Assembly (NCBI GenBank): GCA_963761335.1
Contig: CAVXGR010000008.1
Location: 10,635 to 74,634 of the forward strand
DNA: 64,000 nucleotides
Direction: 5' to 3'
DNA from: an uncultured delta proteobacterium
Lineage (GTDB): Bacteria > Desulfobacterota > Binatia > HRBIN30 > BPIQ01
Both the position numbers and the translations under genes were made by a program. This document shows, in pieces, positions 28,863 to 42,525 of this stretch; within the stretch, counting starts at the first letter, position 1, and each line of letters begins with the position of its first letter. The notes below the pieces were generated by a model. It was not told the origin of the DNA and ran no database searches. It was given only the letters and a program-made list of their open reading frames with translations.

Positions 28863-30805
28863 CCGCAACTCCTTCGCGCTTGCGCCTGGTCGCGGCCGGC
28901 GCCTTCTTCGTGGCGCTGCTGGTGATCATCGTCCTGCGCGCCGCGCAGCTGACCGTCATCCAGGGGCAGTCGCTGCGCGACATCGCCGAGCGCCAGCACC
29001 ACCAGCGCCTGACGTTGCAGCCGGAGCGCGGCGCCGTCGTCGACCGCAACGGCGACCATCTGGCGCTCAGCGTCGACGCCGCCTCGATCTACGTGCGGCC
29101 GGCGGAGTTTCGCGCCCGCCCGGCCGCCGTCGCCGGGCTGGCCAGCGTTCTCGGTCTCGACGAGTCGGCGGTCGAGCACAAGATGCAGAAGTCCTCGCCG
29201 TTCGTCTGGCTCAAGCGCCAGGCCTCGCCCGGAGAGCAGGCGGCAGTGCAGCACCTCGACGTGCCCGGCGTCGGCATGCAGCTCGGGTCGCGCCGCATCT
29301 ATCCGCACGGCGACCTGGCGGCGCCGCTGCTGGGGCTCACCAACGTCGACGGCAGGGGATTGGAAGGAATCGAACTGCAGCTGGACCGCGAGCTGCGGGG
29401 AGAAGGTGGAGCGGTGGTGGTGGAGCGGGACGCGCGCGGGCGCCGGATGATGACCGATGGCATCTGGCGCCCGCTCCCGCGTGAAGGAGCAACCGTCGAG
29501 CTGACCATCGACTCGAACCTGCAGCACGTCGCCGAGATCGAGCTCGCCCGCGGCGTCTCCGAGTCCGAGGCGGAGGCCGGGCTCGCCGTGGTCATGGATC
29601 CGAAGACCGGTGAGATCCTGGCGCTGGCGCAGGTGCCGCGCTTCGACCCGAATGCGCCCGAGCGGAGCCCGGTCTCGGCACGGCGCAATCGCGCCGTCAC
29701 TGATTCGTTCGAGCCGGGCTCGACCATGAAGGCCTTCGTCGCCGCCGCCGCCCTCGAGAACGGCGTGGTGCGCCCCGACGAGAAGCTCTACTGCGAGCAC
29801 GGCCGTTACCACGTCGGCCGCCGCACCGTGCGCGATCACGAGCCCTACGACTGGCTGACCTTTACCGAGGTCATCGAGTACTCCAGCAACATCTGCTCGG
29901 CCAAGGTGGGAGAGCGGCTCGGCCGCGACCGCCTCGGCGCGGCACTGCGCGCCTTCGGCTTCGGCCAGCCGACCGGTGTCGACATGCCGGGCGAGGTTCC
30001 CGGCCTCTTCGTGCCACCGGAGAAGTGGTCGCCGATCCGCCTGGTGACCACCAGCTTCGGCCAGGGAATCGCCGTGACCCTGATGCAGATGGCGCGCGGC
30101 TACGCCGCTCTGGCGAACGGCGGCCGCCTCATGCACCCGTACGTGGTGAAACGAGTGATCGCCGCCGACGGCACCGTTCTGCGCGCCGCGCAGCCGCGCG
30201 TCGATGGCCGTCCGGTCTCGGCGGCGACGGCACGTACCGTCACCGCACTGCTGGAAACGGTGGTGGAGTCGGGAACCGGGACAAAGGCGCAGATTCCCGG
30301 AATTCGCGTCGCCGGCAAGACCGGCACGGCACAGAAGGCCAACCGCCACGGGCGGGGTTACTCGCCGCGCGATCGCATCGGCTCGTTCATCGGCTATGCC
30401 CCCGCCGACGACCCGCGCATCGTGGTCGCGGTGATGATCGACACGCCGCGCAAGGCGACCTACGGCGGCGTGGTGGCGGCCCCGGTCTTCCGCCGCATTG
30501 CCGAGACGGCGCTCGAGCGCCTGGGCGTGCGCCGCCGGTCTCTGCCGGCGGAGCCGCCGCCCGCCCCCGGCGACCTCGAGGTGATGATGCGACCGCAGTC
30601 GGTGGCGCTCACCATGGGCCCCTACGCCGGAGTTCCCAACGTTCTCGGTCTGGGCATGCGCGACGCGGTGACCCGGCTGGGCGACGCCGGGCTGCGGCCG
30701 CTGGTCGAGGGTTGGGGAGTGGTCCAGTCGCAGGATCCGCCGCCGGGAGCAGAGATCCAGCCGGGCCGCGAGGTCCGTCTGCAGCTTGGCTCGGAGCTGC
30801 ATTGA
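28859..30805 (+). CDS. ftsI: Class B penicillin-binding protein with PASTA domain
   Basis: RGAVVDRNG, STMK, SSN, KTGT. Confidence 0.95.
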   Translation: MTATPSRLRLVAAGAFFVALLVIIVLRAAQLTVIQGQSLRDIAERQHHQRLTLQPERGAVVDRNGDHLALSVDAASIYVRPAEFRARPAAVAGLASVLGLDESAVEHKMQKSSPFVWLKRQASPGEQAAVQHLDVPGVGMQLGSRRIYPHGDLAAPLLGLTNVDGRGLEGIELQLDRELRGEGGAVVVERDARGRRMMTDGIWRPLPREGATVELTIDSNLQHVAEIELARGVSESEAEAGLAVVMDPKTGEILALAQVPRFDPNAPERSPVSARRNRAVTDSFEPGSTMKAFVAAAALENGVVRPDEKLYCEHGRYHVGRRTVRDHEPYDWLTFTEVIEYSSNICSAKVGERLGRDRLGAALRAFGFGQPTGVDMPGEVPGLFVPPEKWSPIRLVTTSFGQGIAVTLMQMARGYAALANGGRLMHPYVVKRVIAADGTVLRAAQPRVDGRPVSAATARTVTALLETVVESGTGTKAQIPGIRVAGKTGTAQKANRHGRGYSPRDRIGSFIGYAPADDPRIVVAVMIDTPRKATYGGVVAAPVFRRIAETALERLGVRRRSLPAEPPPAPGDLEVMMRPQSVALTMGPYAGVPNVLGLGMRDAVTRLGDAGLRPLVEGWGVVQSQDPPPGAEIQPGREVRLQLGSELH

Positions 30806-30848
30806 CGCTATGAGACAGTGCAGCCCACACGCCCATTCCCAAACCCCC

Positions 30849-32225
30849 ATGAGCTGGACTCTGGCCGAGGTCGCCGCTGCCGTCGGCGCGCGGATCGCAG
30901 AGGGCGATCCGCAGCTGGTCGCGGCCTCCGTTTCCACCGACTCGCGCACCCTCGAGCCGGGGGCGCTGTTCTTCGCACTGCGCGGTCCGAGCTTCGACGG
31001 TCACGCCTACGTCGCCGAGGCCCTGCGGCGCGGCGCCTGCGGCGCCGTGGTCGCGGCGGAGGTCGACGCCGCCGGCGCCGCCCTGCTGCGCGTCGCCGAC
31101 GTGGAGCGCGCCCTGGGCGATCTGGCGGCGCACACGCGCCGGCGTTCGGCGATGCGCGTCCTGGCGCTCACCGGCAGCAACGGCAAGACGACCACCAAGG
31201 AGATGCTGGCGGCGATCGCCGAGCAGCGCTGGCCGCGGCGGGTGCTCAAGACCCGCGGCAACCTCAACAATCTCGTCGGCCTGCCGCTGACCCTCCTCGG
31301 CTGGCGCGGCGAAGAGGTCGCCGTCCTGGAGATGGGCATGAACCGGCCGGGTGAGATCGCGCGACTGACGGAGATCGCCGCGCCGGACTGCGGCGCCGTG
31401 CTCAACGTCGCCGCGGCTCATCTCGAGGGGCTCGGCGACATCGCCGGCGTCGCCGCCGCCAAGGGTGAGCTGTTCGCCGCCATGCCCGCCGATGCGGTTG
31501 CGGTGGTCAACGCCGACGACCCCTGGGTGCGGCGCGCCGCGGAGGGCTTCGCCGGCCGCAAGCTCCTCTTCGGCTCCGGCGCCGAGGTGCGCGCCGAGCA
31601 GATCGTCGACTTCGGTCTCGACGGGGTCGGCCTGACACTGCACTGCGGCGGCGAAACGGCGCGGCTGCGCCTGCGCTTCACCGGCCGGCACAACGCCACC
31701 AACGCGGTGGCGGCGGCCGCCATGGCCTGGGCCATGGGCATCGACCTCGGACAGATCGCCGCCGGCCTGGAGGCGGCGCGGCCGGTCGCCATGCGGATGG
31801 AGGTGCATCGACTTCACAATCAGGTGACCCTGATCAATGACGCGTACAACGCTAACCCTGGCAGTATGGAGGCCGCGCTCCAAGCGCTGGCTTCACTGCC
31901 CGGACGCTCGCTCGCCGTGCTCGGCGAGATGTGGGAGTTGGGGGTGGAACGTGTGGATGCGCATCGCCGACTCGGCGAGCGGGCAGCTTCCCTCGGGATC
32001 GATTTCCTCGTGGTTGTGGGTGAGGTGGCGGAAGTGGTGGCGAGCGGCGCGCATGCTTCAGGCATGCGCGCCGGCTCGGTTGTGGTCTGTCAGTCGCATG
32101 CGGAGGCGGTGGCGGCGGTGCGGCAGCACTGGCAGGCCGGGGATGTGGTGCTGATCAAGGGATCGAGGGCGGCCCACCTGGAGAAGGTGGCCGCCCAGCT
32201 CGAGGAGGCGGGGAATTGCAGGTAA
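30849..32225 (+). CDS. murF: UDP-MurNAc-tripeptide:D-Ala-D-Ala ligase
   Basis: [34 protein letters not shown]. Confidence 0.95.
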   Translation: MSWTLAEVAAAVGARIAEGDPQLVAASVSTDSRTLEPGALFFALRGPSFDGHAYVAEALRRGACGAVVAAEVDAAGAALLRVADVERALGDLAAHTRRRSAMRVLALTGSNGKTTTKEMLAAIAEQRWPRRVLKTRGNLNNLVGLPLTLLGWRGEEVAVLEMGMNRPGEIARLTEIAAPDCGAVLNVAAAHLEGLGDIAGVAAAKGELFAAMPADAVAVVNADDPWVRRAAEGFAGRKLLFGSGAEVRAEQIVDFGLDGVGLTLHCGGETARLRLRFTGRHNATNAVAAAAMAWAMGIDLGQIAAGLEAARPVAMRMEVHRLHNQVTLINDAYNANPGSMEAALQALASLPGRSLAVLGEMWELGVERVDAHRRLGERAASLGIDFLVVVGEVAEVVASGAHASGMRAGSVVVCQSHAEAVAAVRQHWQAGDVVLIKGSRAAHLEKVAAQLEEAGNCR

Positions 32226-33301
32226 TGCTCTATCACCTTCTGGTCCCTCTGCACTCCTCGGCGGGGGTGTTCAACGTCTTCCGCTACATCACCTTCCGCA
32301 CCGTGCTGGCGGCGATCACCGCCCTGCTGGTCTCCTTCGTCTTCGGCCCGTGGCTGATCCGCCGCCTCTCCGAGCGCCAGATCGGCCAGGCCATTCGCAG
32401 CGACGGACCGGCGGGGCATTTGAAGAAGGCCGGCACCCCGACCATGGGCGGCACCCTGATCCTCTTCTCGCTGGTGCTGTCGACACTGCTGCTCGCCGAC
32501 CTGACCAACATCTACGTATGGCTCGTCCTCTGGGTGACCTTCGGCTTCGGCGTCATCGGTTTTCTCGACGACTACCGCAAGGTGACCCGCGGCAACTCCC
32601 TCGGGCTCTCCGTCCGCCAGAAGCTCGTCGGTCAGTTCGGCGTCGCCGCCGTCGCCGCGACCGTGCTCTACCTGCGGCCGGAGTTCAACAAGGAGCTCTT
32701 CTTTCCCTTTCTGAAGGAGCTGCACCCCAACCTCGGCATCTTCTACATTCCCTTCGCCATGACCGTGGTGGTGGGTGCCTCCAATGCCGTCAATCTGACC
32801 GACGGCCTCGACGGCTTGGCAATCGGTCCGGTGATGACCACGGGCATGACCTACCTGGTGTTCGCCTACGCCGTCGGCAACGCCCGCATCGCCGAGTATC
32901 TGCAGATCCCCTACGTCGCCGGCTCCGGAGAGCTGGCGATCTTCTGCGGCGCGCTCGTCTGCGCCGGGCTCGGTTTTCTCTGGTTCAACACCTATCCGGC
33001 GTTGATGTTCATGGGAGACGTCGGTGCCCTCCCTCTGGGTGCGGCGCTCGGCATGCTCGCCGTGGTCACCAAGCACGAGATCGTTTTCCTGCTGGCCGGC
33101 GGTGTCTTCGTGGTCGAGGCGCTCTCGGTGATTCTCCAGGTGGTCTCCTTCAAGCTGCGCCACAAGCGCATCTTTCGCATGGCCCCGATTCATCACCATT
33201 TCGAGCTGCTCGGCTGGCCGGAGCCGAAGATCATCGTTCGCTTCTGGATCGTCTCCGTCATTTGCGCCCTGGCCGCCCTGAGCACGTTGAAGCTGCGCTA
33301 G
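32225..33301 (+). CDS. mraY: Phospho-MurNAc-pentapeptide transferase
   Basis: [29 protein letters not shown]. Confidence 0.97.
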   Translation: MLYHLLVPLHSSAGVFNVFRYITFRTVLAAITALLVSFVFGPWLIRRLSERQIGQAIRSDGPAGHLKKAGTPTMGGTLILFSLVLSTLLLADLTNIYVWLVLWVTFGFGVIGFLDDYRKVTRGNSLGLSVRQKLVGQFGVAAVAATVLYLRPEFNKELFFPFLKELHPNLGIFYIPFAMTVVVGASNAVNLTDGLDGLAIGPVMTTGMTYLVFAYAVGNARIAEYLQIPYVAGSGELAIFCGALVCAGLGFLWFNTYPALMFMGDVGALPLGAALGMLAVVTKHEIVFLLAGGVFVVEALSVILQVVSFKLRHKRIFRMAPIHHHFELLGWPEPKIIVRFWIVSVICALAALSTLKLR

Positions 33302-33308
33302 GAGCGGC

Positions 33309-34634
33309 ATGGATCTCTCCGGCGCAACCGTGCTCGTCGTCGGCGCCCGCCGGACCGGACGCAGTGTCGTGCGCTTCCTGAAACGCCACGACGCGCGCCT
33401 GCGCCTCGCCGAGCGCTCCGTCAAAGAGCGTACCTCCGCCGCCAGCGCCGAGGCGGTGGAGGGCGTCGCCGACGATCTGGAGGCGCTGCGCGACGTCGAT
33501 CTCGTGGTGCCCAGCCCGGGAGTTCCCGGCAACCATCCGCTGCTGCGCGCCTGCGTGTCGCGCGGCATACCGGTGTGGAGCGAGATCGAGCTGGCGAGCC
33601 GCTTCCTGACCTGTCCGCTCTTGGCGGTGAGCGGTACCAACGGCAAGAGCACGACGACGACGCTGCTCGGCGCCATGGCCCGCGAAGCGGGGGCCCGTGC
33701 CTTCGTCGGCGGCAATCTCGGCACGCCTCTGATCGATGCGCTCGCCGGCGAGACTCCTCCCGACGTCGCCGTCGTCGAGGTCTCCAGCTTTCAGCTCGAA
33801 TGGATCGACGCCTTCCACCCGCAGCTGGCGATCATGTTGAATCTCACCCCGGACCACCTCGACCGCTACGGATCGATGGAGGAGTACGCCGCCGCCAAGG
33901 CGGCGCTCATCGGCGCGCTGCAGGCGGATGACTGGGCGGTGCTCAACCGCGACGATGCCTGGGTGTGGTCGCTCCGCGAGCGCACCGCGGCGCGCGCCAT
34001 TTCCTTCGGCCGTGACCCCGTCGAGTTCGGTGTCTACATCGACGGTGACTCGATCGTCTACTGGGGATCGGAGCCGCAGCCGCAGAAGTTCTCGCTGCGG
34101 CACACTCGACTGCAGGGACGGCACAACCAGGAGAACGTCATGGCGGCCGTGGCCGCGGCCTGCGCCTGGGGGTTTCCGTCCGCCGCCGTGCAGCGCGCCA
34201 TCGACCGCTTCGAGCCGCTGCCGCATCGACTGACGCTGGTGCGCGAGCACCTCGGGGTGCGCTACTTCGACGACTCCAAGGCCACCAACGTCGGCGCCGT
34301 GCAGCAATCGCTGGCGAGCTTTGCCGAGAACGTCATCCTGCTGCTCGGCGGCCGCGACAAGGGCGGCGACTTCACCGTGCTCGCCGATTCCATTCGCAGC
34401 CGGGTGCGTCACCTGGTGCTCTTCGGAGAGGCCGGCCCGGCAATCGCCACCCAGCTGCGCGGCACGGCGCCGATCTCGGTGCAGCCGCAGCTGGAGGCGG
34501 CGATGGCGGCGGCGGCGCGGCTGGCGCGCCCCGGCGACGTGGTCCTGCTGTCGCCCGGCTGCGCCAGCTTCGACGAGTTCGCCGATTACGCGGCGCGCGG
34601 CGAGCGCTTCCGCGCCGTGGTGGGGGGCCTGTGA
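33309..34634 (+). CDS. murD: UDP-MurNAc-L-Ala:D-Glu ligase
   Basis: GTNGKSTT, EVSSFQLE, DHLDRY, DSKATN, LSPGCASFD. Confidence 0.96.
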   Translation: MDLSGATVLVVGARRTGRSVVRFLKRHDARLRLAERSVKERTSAASAEAVEGVADDLEALRDVDLVVPSPGVPGNHPLLRACVSRGIPVWSEIELASRFLTCPLLAVSGTNGKSTTTTLLGAMAREAGARAFVGGNLGTPLIDALAGETPPDVAVVEVSSFQLEWIDAFHPQLAIMLNLTPDHLDRYGSMEEYAAAKAALIGALQADDWAVLNRDDAWVWSLRERTAARAISFGRDPVEFGVYIDGDSIVYWGSEPQPQKFSLRHTRLQGRHNQENVMAAVAAACAWGFPSAAVQRAIDRFEPLPHRLTLVREHLGVRYFDDSKATNVGAVQQSLASFAENVILLLGGRDKGGDFTVLADSIRSRVRHLVLFGEAGPAIATQLRGTAPISVQPQLEAAMAAAARLARPGDVVLLSPGCASFDEFADYAARGERFRAVVGGL

Positions 34635-35767
34635 ACGCCCTCCCTCTGCGCCGCCTGCGCAGCCGCGTGGTGCTGCCGACGCTCAACTATCCCGACCCGG
34701 CCCTGCTGCTGGCCTCGGCGGCGCTCGTCTGGCTGGGCATCGTGATGGTGTTCAATGCCAGCTACTTCTACGCCCAGGAGCGTTTCGGCGATCCGCTCTT
34801 CTTCTTCCGCAAGCACCTGATCGCCGTCGCCATCGGCGGCGTTCTGCTGGTGGTGATCTCGCGCCTGCGACTGGAGATCTTCGAACGCTCCGCCTACGCC
34901 TTCCTGGCCGCCAGCGTGGGCCTGGTCTTGCTGGTCGCCATTCCCGGCGTGGGGGTGGTGCGCGGTGGCGCTCGCCGCTGGCTCGACGTCGGCGTCATGT
35001 CGATCCAGCCCTCGGAGATGCTCAAGCTCGGCGTGGTCCTCTACCTGGCGCGCTCCATCACCCGCAAGCGCGAGCGCATGGGGTCGATGGTCGACGGCAT
35101 CCTGCCGCACCTGATCGTCGTCGGTGCCTGCGCCGGGCTGGTGGCCCTGCAACCGGATTTCGGCACGGCGGCGCTTCTCTGCGCGGTGGTGGCGATGATG
35201 CTCTTCGCCGGCGGCGCCCGCCTCCGCCATCTCGCCGTGCTCGGCGTGGTGGCCGGCACCGGCATGATCGGCGTGGCGCTCAGCGCCTCGTATCGCCTGC
35301 GGCGCGTCGTCGCCTTTCTCGATCCGTGGGAGCACAGCCGCGACACCGCCTTTCAGCTCATCCAGTCGCTCATCGCCTTCGGCTCCGGGGGCATCTTCGG
35401 CGTCGGCCTCGGCGCCAGCAAGCAGAAGATGTTCTACCTTCCCGAGGCGCACAACGATTTCATCTTCGCCCTGATCGGCGAAGAGCTCGGTCTGGTGGGC
35501 GCGGTGGTGGTGTTGCTGCTCTTTGCCGTCGTCGGGGCACGCGGTTTTCGCATCGCCCTCCGTCATCCCGACCCCTTCGGCAGCCTGCTGGCTTTCGGCA
35601 TCACCACCAGCCTGCTGTCGGCGGCGGCGGTGAACATGGGCGTGGTGCTCGGCCTGCTGCCCACCAAGGGACTGCCGCTGCCGTTTCTGAGCTACGGCGG
35701 CTCGGCGATGATCGGCGTGCTGGCGCAGGTGGGAATCCTGGCGGCGCTGTCGCGGACGACGGGGTGA
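34631..35767 (+). CDS. ftsW: SEDS peptidoglycan polymerase
   Basis: GARRW, QPSE, LPEAHNDF, PFLSYGGS. Confidence 0.96.
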   Translation: MNALPLRRLRSRVVLPTLNYPDPALLLASAALVWLGIVMVFNASYFYAQERFGDPLFFFRKHLIAVAIGGVLLVVISRLRLEIFERSAYAFLAASVGLVLLVAIPGVGVVRGGARRWLDVGVMSIQPSEMLKLGVVLYLARSITRKRERMGSMVDGILPHLIVVGACAGLVALQPDFGTAALLCAVVAMMLFAGGARLRHLAVLGVVAGTGMIGVALSASYRLRRVVAFLDPWEHSRDTAFQLIQSLIAFGSGGIFGVGLGASKQKMFYLPEAHNDFIFALIGEELGLVGAVVVLLLFAVVGARGFRIALRHPDPFGSLLAFGITTSLLSAAAVNMGVVLGLLPTKGLPLPFLSYGGSAMIGVLAQVGILAALSRTTG

Positions 35768-35768
35768 G

Positions 35769-36851
35769 ATGCGCATGGTGATCGGCGGCGGCGGAACCGG
35801 CGGCCATCTCTTCCCCGGCCTTGCGGTTGCGGAGGCCCTGCGCCGCCGCGGCGGTGCGGCGCTGTTCATCGGCAGCCCGCAGGGGATCGAGGCGCGCGTC
35901 ATTCCCGGGACCGGCTTCCCGCTGGTGACCGTCCCCATCCGCGGCCTGCGGGGCCGCGGTGCCGGCGCCGCCGCGGAGGCGGTCTGGCGCCTGCCGCTGG
36001 CGCTGGCGCGTGCCTGGTCGGCCCTGCGCGCCTTTCGTCCCGACGTCGTCGTCGGGGTCGGCGGCTACGCCTCCTTTCCGGTGGTCTGCGCCGCCTGGCT
36101 GCGCCGCGTCCCCGCCGTGCTCCTCGAGCAGAACGCCCGGCCGGGGATGACCACCCGTCTTCTGTCGCGGTTGGCGCGGGCGGTGTGCACCGGCTTTCCG
36201 GAGACCGGCGATCATCTGCCCGGGCGCGCCGAGGTGGTCTACACCGGCAATCCGGTGCGCCAGTGGCCGGCGGCGGCGCCGCGGGGCGACAGAGACACCT
36301 TTACGCTGCTGGTCTTTGGTGGTAGCCAGGGAGCGCATCGGATCAACCTGGAGGCGGGGGCGGCAGTGCGGGAGCTGGCAGCTCAAATTCCTGGGCTCAG
36401 GGTCATCCACCAGACCGGCGACGCGGATCTCGACGCGACGCGCGAGGCGTATCAGAGGGCCGGTCTCGAGGCAGACGTGCGCGCCTTCATCGACGACATG
36501 GGGGCTGCCTACGGGCGCGCCGATCTGGTGGTCTGCCGCGCCGGCGCCATGACCCTCGCGGAGCTTGCGGCGCTGGGCAAGCCGGCGATCCTGATCCCCT
36601 ATCCGTTTGCCGCCGACGATCACCAGCGCGCCAACGCCGAGGCGCTGGCGCAGCGCGGCGCCGCCGAGATGATCCTCGACGCGGAGCTCACCGCGGCGCG
36701 CCTGCGCGACCGGGTGCGGGCGCTCTACCGCGATCGCGTGCGGCTGCAGGCGATGGGCAGCGCCGCCGCGGCGATGGCCAGGCCGCAGGCGGCGGAGCAG
36801 GTCCTGGACGTGTGCGATCGAATCGTCGGCGGAGAGGCGCATGCAGAGTAA
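35769..36851 (+). CDS. murG: Lipid II GlcNAc transferase
   Basis: [21 protein letters not shown]. Confidence 0.96.
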   Translation: MRMVIGGGGTGGHLFPGLAVAEALRRRGGAALFIGSPQGIEARVIPGTGFPLVTVPIRGLRGRGAGAAAEAVWRLPLALARAWSALRAFRPDVVVGVGGYASFPVVCAAWLRRVPAVLLEQNARPGMTTRLLSRLARAVCTGFPETGDHLPGRAEVVYTGNPVRQWPAAAPRGDRDTFTLLVFGGSQGAHRINLEAGAAVRELAAQIPGLRVIHQTGDADLDATREAYQRAGLEADVRAFIDDMGAAYGRADLVVCRAGAMTLAELAALGKPAILIPYPFAADDHQRANAEALAQRGAAEMILDAELTAARLRDRVRALYRDRVRLQAMGSAAAAMARPQAAEQVLDVCDRIVGGEAHAE

Positions 36852-38247
36852 GCTCCATCCCCGCCGCGTCCACTTCGTCGGCATCGGCGGCGTCGGCATG
36901 AGCGGCATCGCCGAGGTGCTGCTGACCCTGGGCTACGTCGTCAGTGGCTCCGACGCGCGCGCCAGCGAGACGACGCGGCGGCTCGAGGGCCTCGGTGCCC
37001 GCATCTTCATCGGTCACGACGCCGAGCAGGTGGCGCCCGACGTCGATGTGGTGGTGATCTCCTCGGCGGTGACCTACGCCAACCCGGAGGTGATGCGGGC
37101 GCGCGAGTGCAACATCCCGGTGATCCCGCGCGCCGAGATGCTCGCCGAGCTGATGCGCCTCAAGCTCGGCATCGCCGTCGCCGGCAGCCACGGCAAGACG
37201 ACGACCACGTCTCTGATCGGCACCATCCTGTCGCGCGCCGGCCTCGATCCGACGCTGGTCATCGGCGGCGTGGTGCGCGCCTTCGGAAGCAACGCCCGTC
37301 TCGGGCGCGGCGAGATGCTGGTCGCCGAGGCGGACGAGAGCGACGGCAGCTTCCTGCTGCTCTCCCCGGCGATTGCCGTGGTCACCAACATCGACCCGGA
37401 GCACCTCGACCACTACGGCGATCTCGAGCGCGAGAAGGCCGCCTTCGTCGACTTCGTGAACCGCGTGCCCTTCTACGGGCGCGCCGTCCTCTGCCTCGAC
37501 CACGTCAACGTGCGCGCCATTCTGCCGCAGGTGCGCAAGCGTTTCGTCACCTACGGCACCAGCCCCGACGCCGAGTGGATGGCCACCGATCTGGCGGTGC
37601 GCGGCATGGAGACGCATTTCCGCGCCCATCACCGCGGCCGGCCGCTCGGCCCGGTGTGCGTGCGCATGCCCGGGCGCCACCATGCCGTCAACGCCCTGGC
37701 GGCGTTGGCCGTGGCGGCGGAGCTCGAGGTTCCCTTCGACGTGGCCCGCCAGGCGCTGGGGGAGTTCGGCGGCATTCAGCGCCGTTTCGAGATCTGCGGC
37801 GAGAGCGCCGGCGTCCTGGTGGTGAGCGACTACGCCCATCATCCGGCGGAGATCGCCGCCACCATCGCCGCGGCGCGCGAGGGATTCTTCGATCGCCGTC
37901 TGGTGGTGCTCTTTCAGCCGCATCGCTACACGCGCACGCGCGATCTCTTTGCGGACTTCCAGTCCGCCTTCGACGGCGCCGACCGCGTCGTGCTCACCGA
38001 GATCTATGCCGCCGGCGAGCCGGCGCTCGAGGGCGTCAGCGGTGAGGCTCTCTATCATGCCATGCGCCGGCGCGGGCACGTGGACGTCGCCTACGTCGCC
38101 GCCGTCGGGGATCTGCCCCGCGCCGTGCTGCCGTCGCTGCGGCCCGGCGATCTGGTTCTGGCTCTCGGCGCCGGAAACATCCACGAGACCGGTGCCGTCC
38201 TGGTGGCGGCGCTCGGTGGCCGCAGCGGCTCGGTGACGGTGCAATGA
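36841..38247 (+). CDS. murC: UDP-MurNAc:L-Ala ligase
   Basis: [36 protein letters not shown]. Confidence 0.97.
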   Translation: MQSKLHPRRVHFVGIGGVGMSGIAEVLLTLGYVVSGSDARASETTRRLEGLGARIFIGHDAEQVAPDVDVVVISSAVTYANPEVMRARECNIPVIPRAEMLAELMRLKLGIAVAGSHGKTTTTSLIGTILSRAGLDPTLVIGGVVRAFGSNARLGRGEMLVAEADESDGSFLLLSPAIAVVTNIDPEHLDHYGDLEREKAAFVDFVNRVPFYGRAVLCLDHVNVRAILPQVRKRFVTYGTSPDAEWMATDLAVRGMETHFRAHHRGRPLGPVCVRMPGRHHAVNALAALAVAAELEVPFDVARQALGEFGGIQRRFEICGESAGVLVVSDYAHHPAEIAATIAAAREGFFDRRLVVLFQPHRYTRTRDLFADFQSAFDGADRVVLTEIYAAGEPALEGVSGEALYHAMRRRGHVDVAYVAAVGDLPRAVLPSLRPGDLVLALGAGNIHETGAVLVAALGGRSGSVTVQ

Positions 38248-39167
38248 TCGGCGACCAGGTGAGAAGCAGATTCGCCGCGGCGCTCGGTGCCGCAGTGCGC
38301 TTCGACGAGCCGCTGCGCCGGCATACCTCGTTTCGCATCGGCGGGCCCGCCGACGTGTGGGTCGAGGCCGAAGAGATCGAGCAGATCCGCACGGCGCAGG
38401 CGCTGGCGCGCCAGCTCGAGCTGCGGCTGGTGGTGGTCGGCGGTGGCAGCAACGTCCTGGTGAGCGATCGCGGCGTGCGCGGCGTCGCTCTCAAGCTCGG
38501 CCGCGCCTTCACCCGGATCGAGTGGTCGCCGAACGGCACCGGCACGCGCATCCGCGCCGGCGCCGCGGGCTCCTTCAAGAAGCTGGTCTCCGAGGCGGTG
38601 CGCCGCGACCTCGGCGGTCTCGAGTTCGGCGAGGGCATCCCCGGAACCGTCGGCGGCGGCCTGCTGATGAACGCCGGCGCCTTCGGTGGCGAGATCGGCT
38701 CGGTGGTGACCACCGTCGAGGGCGTTGCCGCCGCGGGCGAGGTGCAGCGGCTGCCACGCGAAGCGCTGCGCTTCGCCTACCGGCACTTCGATCTGCCGGC
38801 GGGGTTCATCGTCACCCACGTGAACTTCCGCCTGGCCCCCGACGATCCCACCGCCCTGCAGGAGCGCCTGATGCGCGCCAAGCAGCGGCGCAATGCCGGA
38901 CAGCCGCTCGGCTATCCCAATGCCGGATCGATCTTCAAGAATCCTCCTGGAAGCTTCGCCGGGCGTCTGATCGAGTCCGTGGGTCTCAAGGGAGCCCGGC
39001 GGGGAAACGCCATGTTCTCGGAGCAGCACGCCAACTTCATCGTCAACCTCGGCGAGGCCACCGCCGCCGAGGTGCGCGCCCTGATGGCGGAGGCCGTCGA
39101 GCGGGTGCGGGTTCAGCACGGGGTCGTCCTCGAGCCCGAGGTGAAGCTGGTGGGGGATTGGGAATGA
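38244..39167 (+). CDS. murB: UDP-N-acetylenolpyruvoylglucosamine reductase
   Basis: [34 protein letters not shown]. Confidence 0.96.
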   Translation: MIGDQVRSRFAAALGAAVRFDEPLRRHTSFRIGGPADVWVEAEEIEQIRTAQALARQLELRLVVVGGGSNVLVSDRGVRGVALKLGRAFTRIEWSPNGTGTRIRAGAAGSFKKLVSEAVRRDLGGLEFGEGIPGTVGGGLLMNAGAFGGEIGSVVTTVEGVAAAGEVQRLPREALRFAYRHFDLPAGFIVTHVNFRLAPDDPTALQERLMRAKQRRNAGQPLGYPNAGSIFKNPPGSFAGRLIESVGLKGARRGNAMFSEQHANFIVNLGEATAAEVRALMAEAVERVRVQHGVVLEPEVKLVGDWE

Positions 39168-39979
39168 GCCGCCGCAATCGCATTCGCGGCCGCAGCCGCG
39201 CCGGCAGCGCGGCGCTGCGTCTGGTCCTGCTGATCAGCGCGCTGGCGGCGACGGCGGCTGCCGTCTGGCACGGGCCGCAGATCGCTGCGGCGGTGCGCAA
39301 TCACCCCTACTTCGCCGTCGCCCAGGTGATCATCCGCGGCCGGCGCACTCTGCCCCGCGAGACCATCCTGAGCGCCGCCGGCGTGCACGCCGGCATGAGC
39401 CTGTGGAGCGTCTCTCCGGAGCTCGCCGTGGAGAACGTCGAGGCGTTGGCGCGCGTGCGCCACGCCAGCGTCCGCCGCGAGTTTCCCAACCGCGTCGTCA
39501 TCGCCGTCGCCGAGCGCAAGCCGGTGGCTATCGCCGTGGTGGATGGTTTTCAGTACGTCGGGCGCTCCGGGCGCGTTCTCGGGCCGGTGCAGCCCGGCGA
39601 CCGCCTCGATCTGCCGTATGTCACCGGCATCGACGGCTCGCATCTGAGCGGCTCCGGCCGGCGCGACCTGCGGCGCGCTCTCCGTCTGGTGCGACTGTGC
39701 GAGCGCCGCGAGTGCGGCGGCGGCGTCTCCGAGGTGCATTTTGATTCCGAGCAGGGACTGGTCCTGGTGCCGCGCGGCGTGCCGGTGCCGGTGCGCATGG
39801 GATGGGGCGGCTGGCGCGAGAAGCTGGACCGCATGGAGAGGGTGCTGACGGCCTGGCGAGGTCAGGAGTACAGGCTGGCGGCCATGGATGTGACGTTTCG
39901 GAGCTCGGTGCTGGTGAAGCTGCGCCAGGGCGAACAGCCTGCGCACCTCGGCCGGGGGGCTCGGGGAACTCCGATTTGA
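39164..39979 (+). CDS. ftsQ: Cell division protein FtsQ/DivIB
   Basis: TM then POTRA-like region (VRREFPNRVVIAVAERKP); ATGA overlap with murB. Confidence 0.88.
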   Translation: MSRRNRIRGRSRAGSAALRLVLLISALAATAAAVWHGPQIAAAVRNHPYFAVAQVIIRGRRTLPRETILSAAGVHAGMSLWSVSPELAVENVEALARVRHASVRREFPNRVVIAVAERKPVAIAVVDGFQYVGRSGRVLGPVQPGDRLDLPYVTGIDGSHLSGSGRRDLRRALRLVRLCERRECGGGVSEVHFDSEQGLVLVPRGVPVPVRMGWGGWREKLDRMERVLTAWRGQEYRLAAMDVTFRSSVLVKLRQGEQPAHLGRGARGTPI

Positions 39980-39990
39980 TAAGGAAGCAG

Positions 39991-41214
39991 ATGGGGAAGC
40001 GGGCGGAGTTGTTGGCGGGGTTGGACATCGGCACGGCGTGCGTCACGGTCGTCGTCGCCGAGCTGAACGACGGCGCGGCCGAGGTGATCGGCCTCGGCAC
40101 GGCGCAGTCGGAGGGTCTGCGCAAGGGCGTGGTGGTGAACATCGACGCCACCGTGCAGGCGATCGCGCGCGCCGTGCGCGAGGCGGAGCTCGCCGCCGGC
40201 TGCGAGATCCACTCGGTGTACGCCGGCGTCGGCGGCGGCCACATCAAGGGCTTCAACAGCCACGGCGTCGTCGCCGTGAAGAATCCGGAGGTCGCCGCGG
40301 ACGACGTCGAGCGGGTTCTCGACGCGGCGCGCGCCGTCGCCCTGCCGCTCGACCGACACGTGCTGCACGTGCTCCCCCAGGAGTTCGTCCTCGACGGGCA
40401 GAACGGCATCAAGGAGCCGGTGGGCATGGCCGGAGTGCGGCTCGAGGCGCGTGTGCACATCGTCAGCGCCGCGGTGTCGTTCATGCAGAACGTCGTCAAG
40501 TGCTGCCAGCGCGCCAACCTGCACGTCACCGATCTGGTGCTGACGCCGCTCGCCGGCGCCGAGGCGGTGCTGGGCAGCGAGGAGAAGGATCTCGGCGTGG
40601 CCTACGTCGATCTCGGCGCCGGGACCTCGGACCTGCTGGTGTTCCACCGCGGCGCCCTGGTGCACACGGCGCTGCTGCCGGTCGGCGGGCACCACGTGAC
40701 CAACGACCTCGCCGAGGGCCTGCGCACCCCCTTTCGGGAGGCGGAGATCCTCAAGCGCCGCAGCGGTTGCGCGCACACCACCGGCATCGCCCCGGACGAG
40801 CAGGTGGAGGTGCAGGGCATCGGCGGTCGCAGCGCCCGCATGGTCGGGCGGCGAACCATGTGCGACATCATCGAGGCGCGCATGGACGAGACCTTCCGGC
40901 TGCTGCGCGATCAGCTGTGGAAGGCAGGGTTCGAGAGCGGCCTCTCCTGCGGCGTGGTGCTGAGTGGCGGCGGATCGCTGTTGCCCGGGACGGCGCAGCT
41001 GGCGGAGCGGGTCTTCCAGATGCCGACCCGCGGCGGCGCGCCGCTGGCGATCTCGGGGCTGACGGAGGCGACCAGCGGCCCGGACTTCGCAGCCGCCGTC
41101 GGACTGGTGCTCCTCGGGGCGCGCCCCCAGGAGATGGAGCGACCGCTGATGGACAACGGCATGCTCGGACGAATGCGCAGCCGCATGGTCGGCTGGCTGA
41201 AAGATTTCTTCTAG
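39991..41214 (+). CDS. ftsA: Cell division protein FtsA
   Basis: [21 protein letters not shown], amphipathic WLKDFF tail. Confidence 0.96.
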   Translation: MGKRAELLAGLDIGTACVTVVVAELNDGAAEVIGLGTAQSEGLRKGVVVNIDATVQAIARAVREAELAAGCEIHSVYAGVGGGHIKGFNSHGVVAVKNPEVAADDVERVLDAARAVALPLDRHVLHVLPQEFVLDGQNGIKEPVGMAGVRLEARVHIVSAAVSFMQNVVKCCQRANLHVTDLVLTPLAGAEAVLGSEEKDLGVAYVDLGAGTSDLLVFHRGALVHTALLPVGGHHVTNDLAEGLRTPFREAEILKRRSGCAHTTGIAPDEQVEVQGIGGRSARMVGRRTMCDIIEARMDETFRLLRDQLWKAGFESGLSCGVVLSGGGSLLPGTAQLAERVFQMPTRGGAPLAISGLTEATSGPDFAAAVGLVLLGARPQEMERPLMDNGMLGRMRSRMVGWLKDFF

Positions 41215-41254
41215 ACAGAAGCTCAGACCCGGAGGGGTTTGGAAGGAGGATGGG

Positions 41255-42517
<1,263 letters not shown>

Positions 42518-42525
42518 GACGTTAG

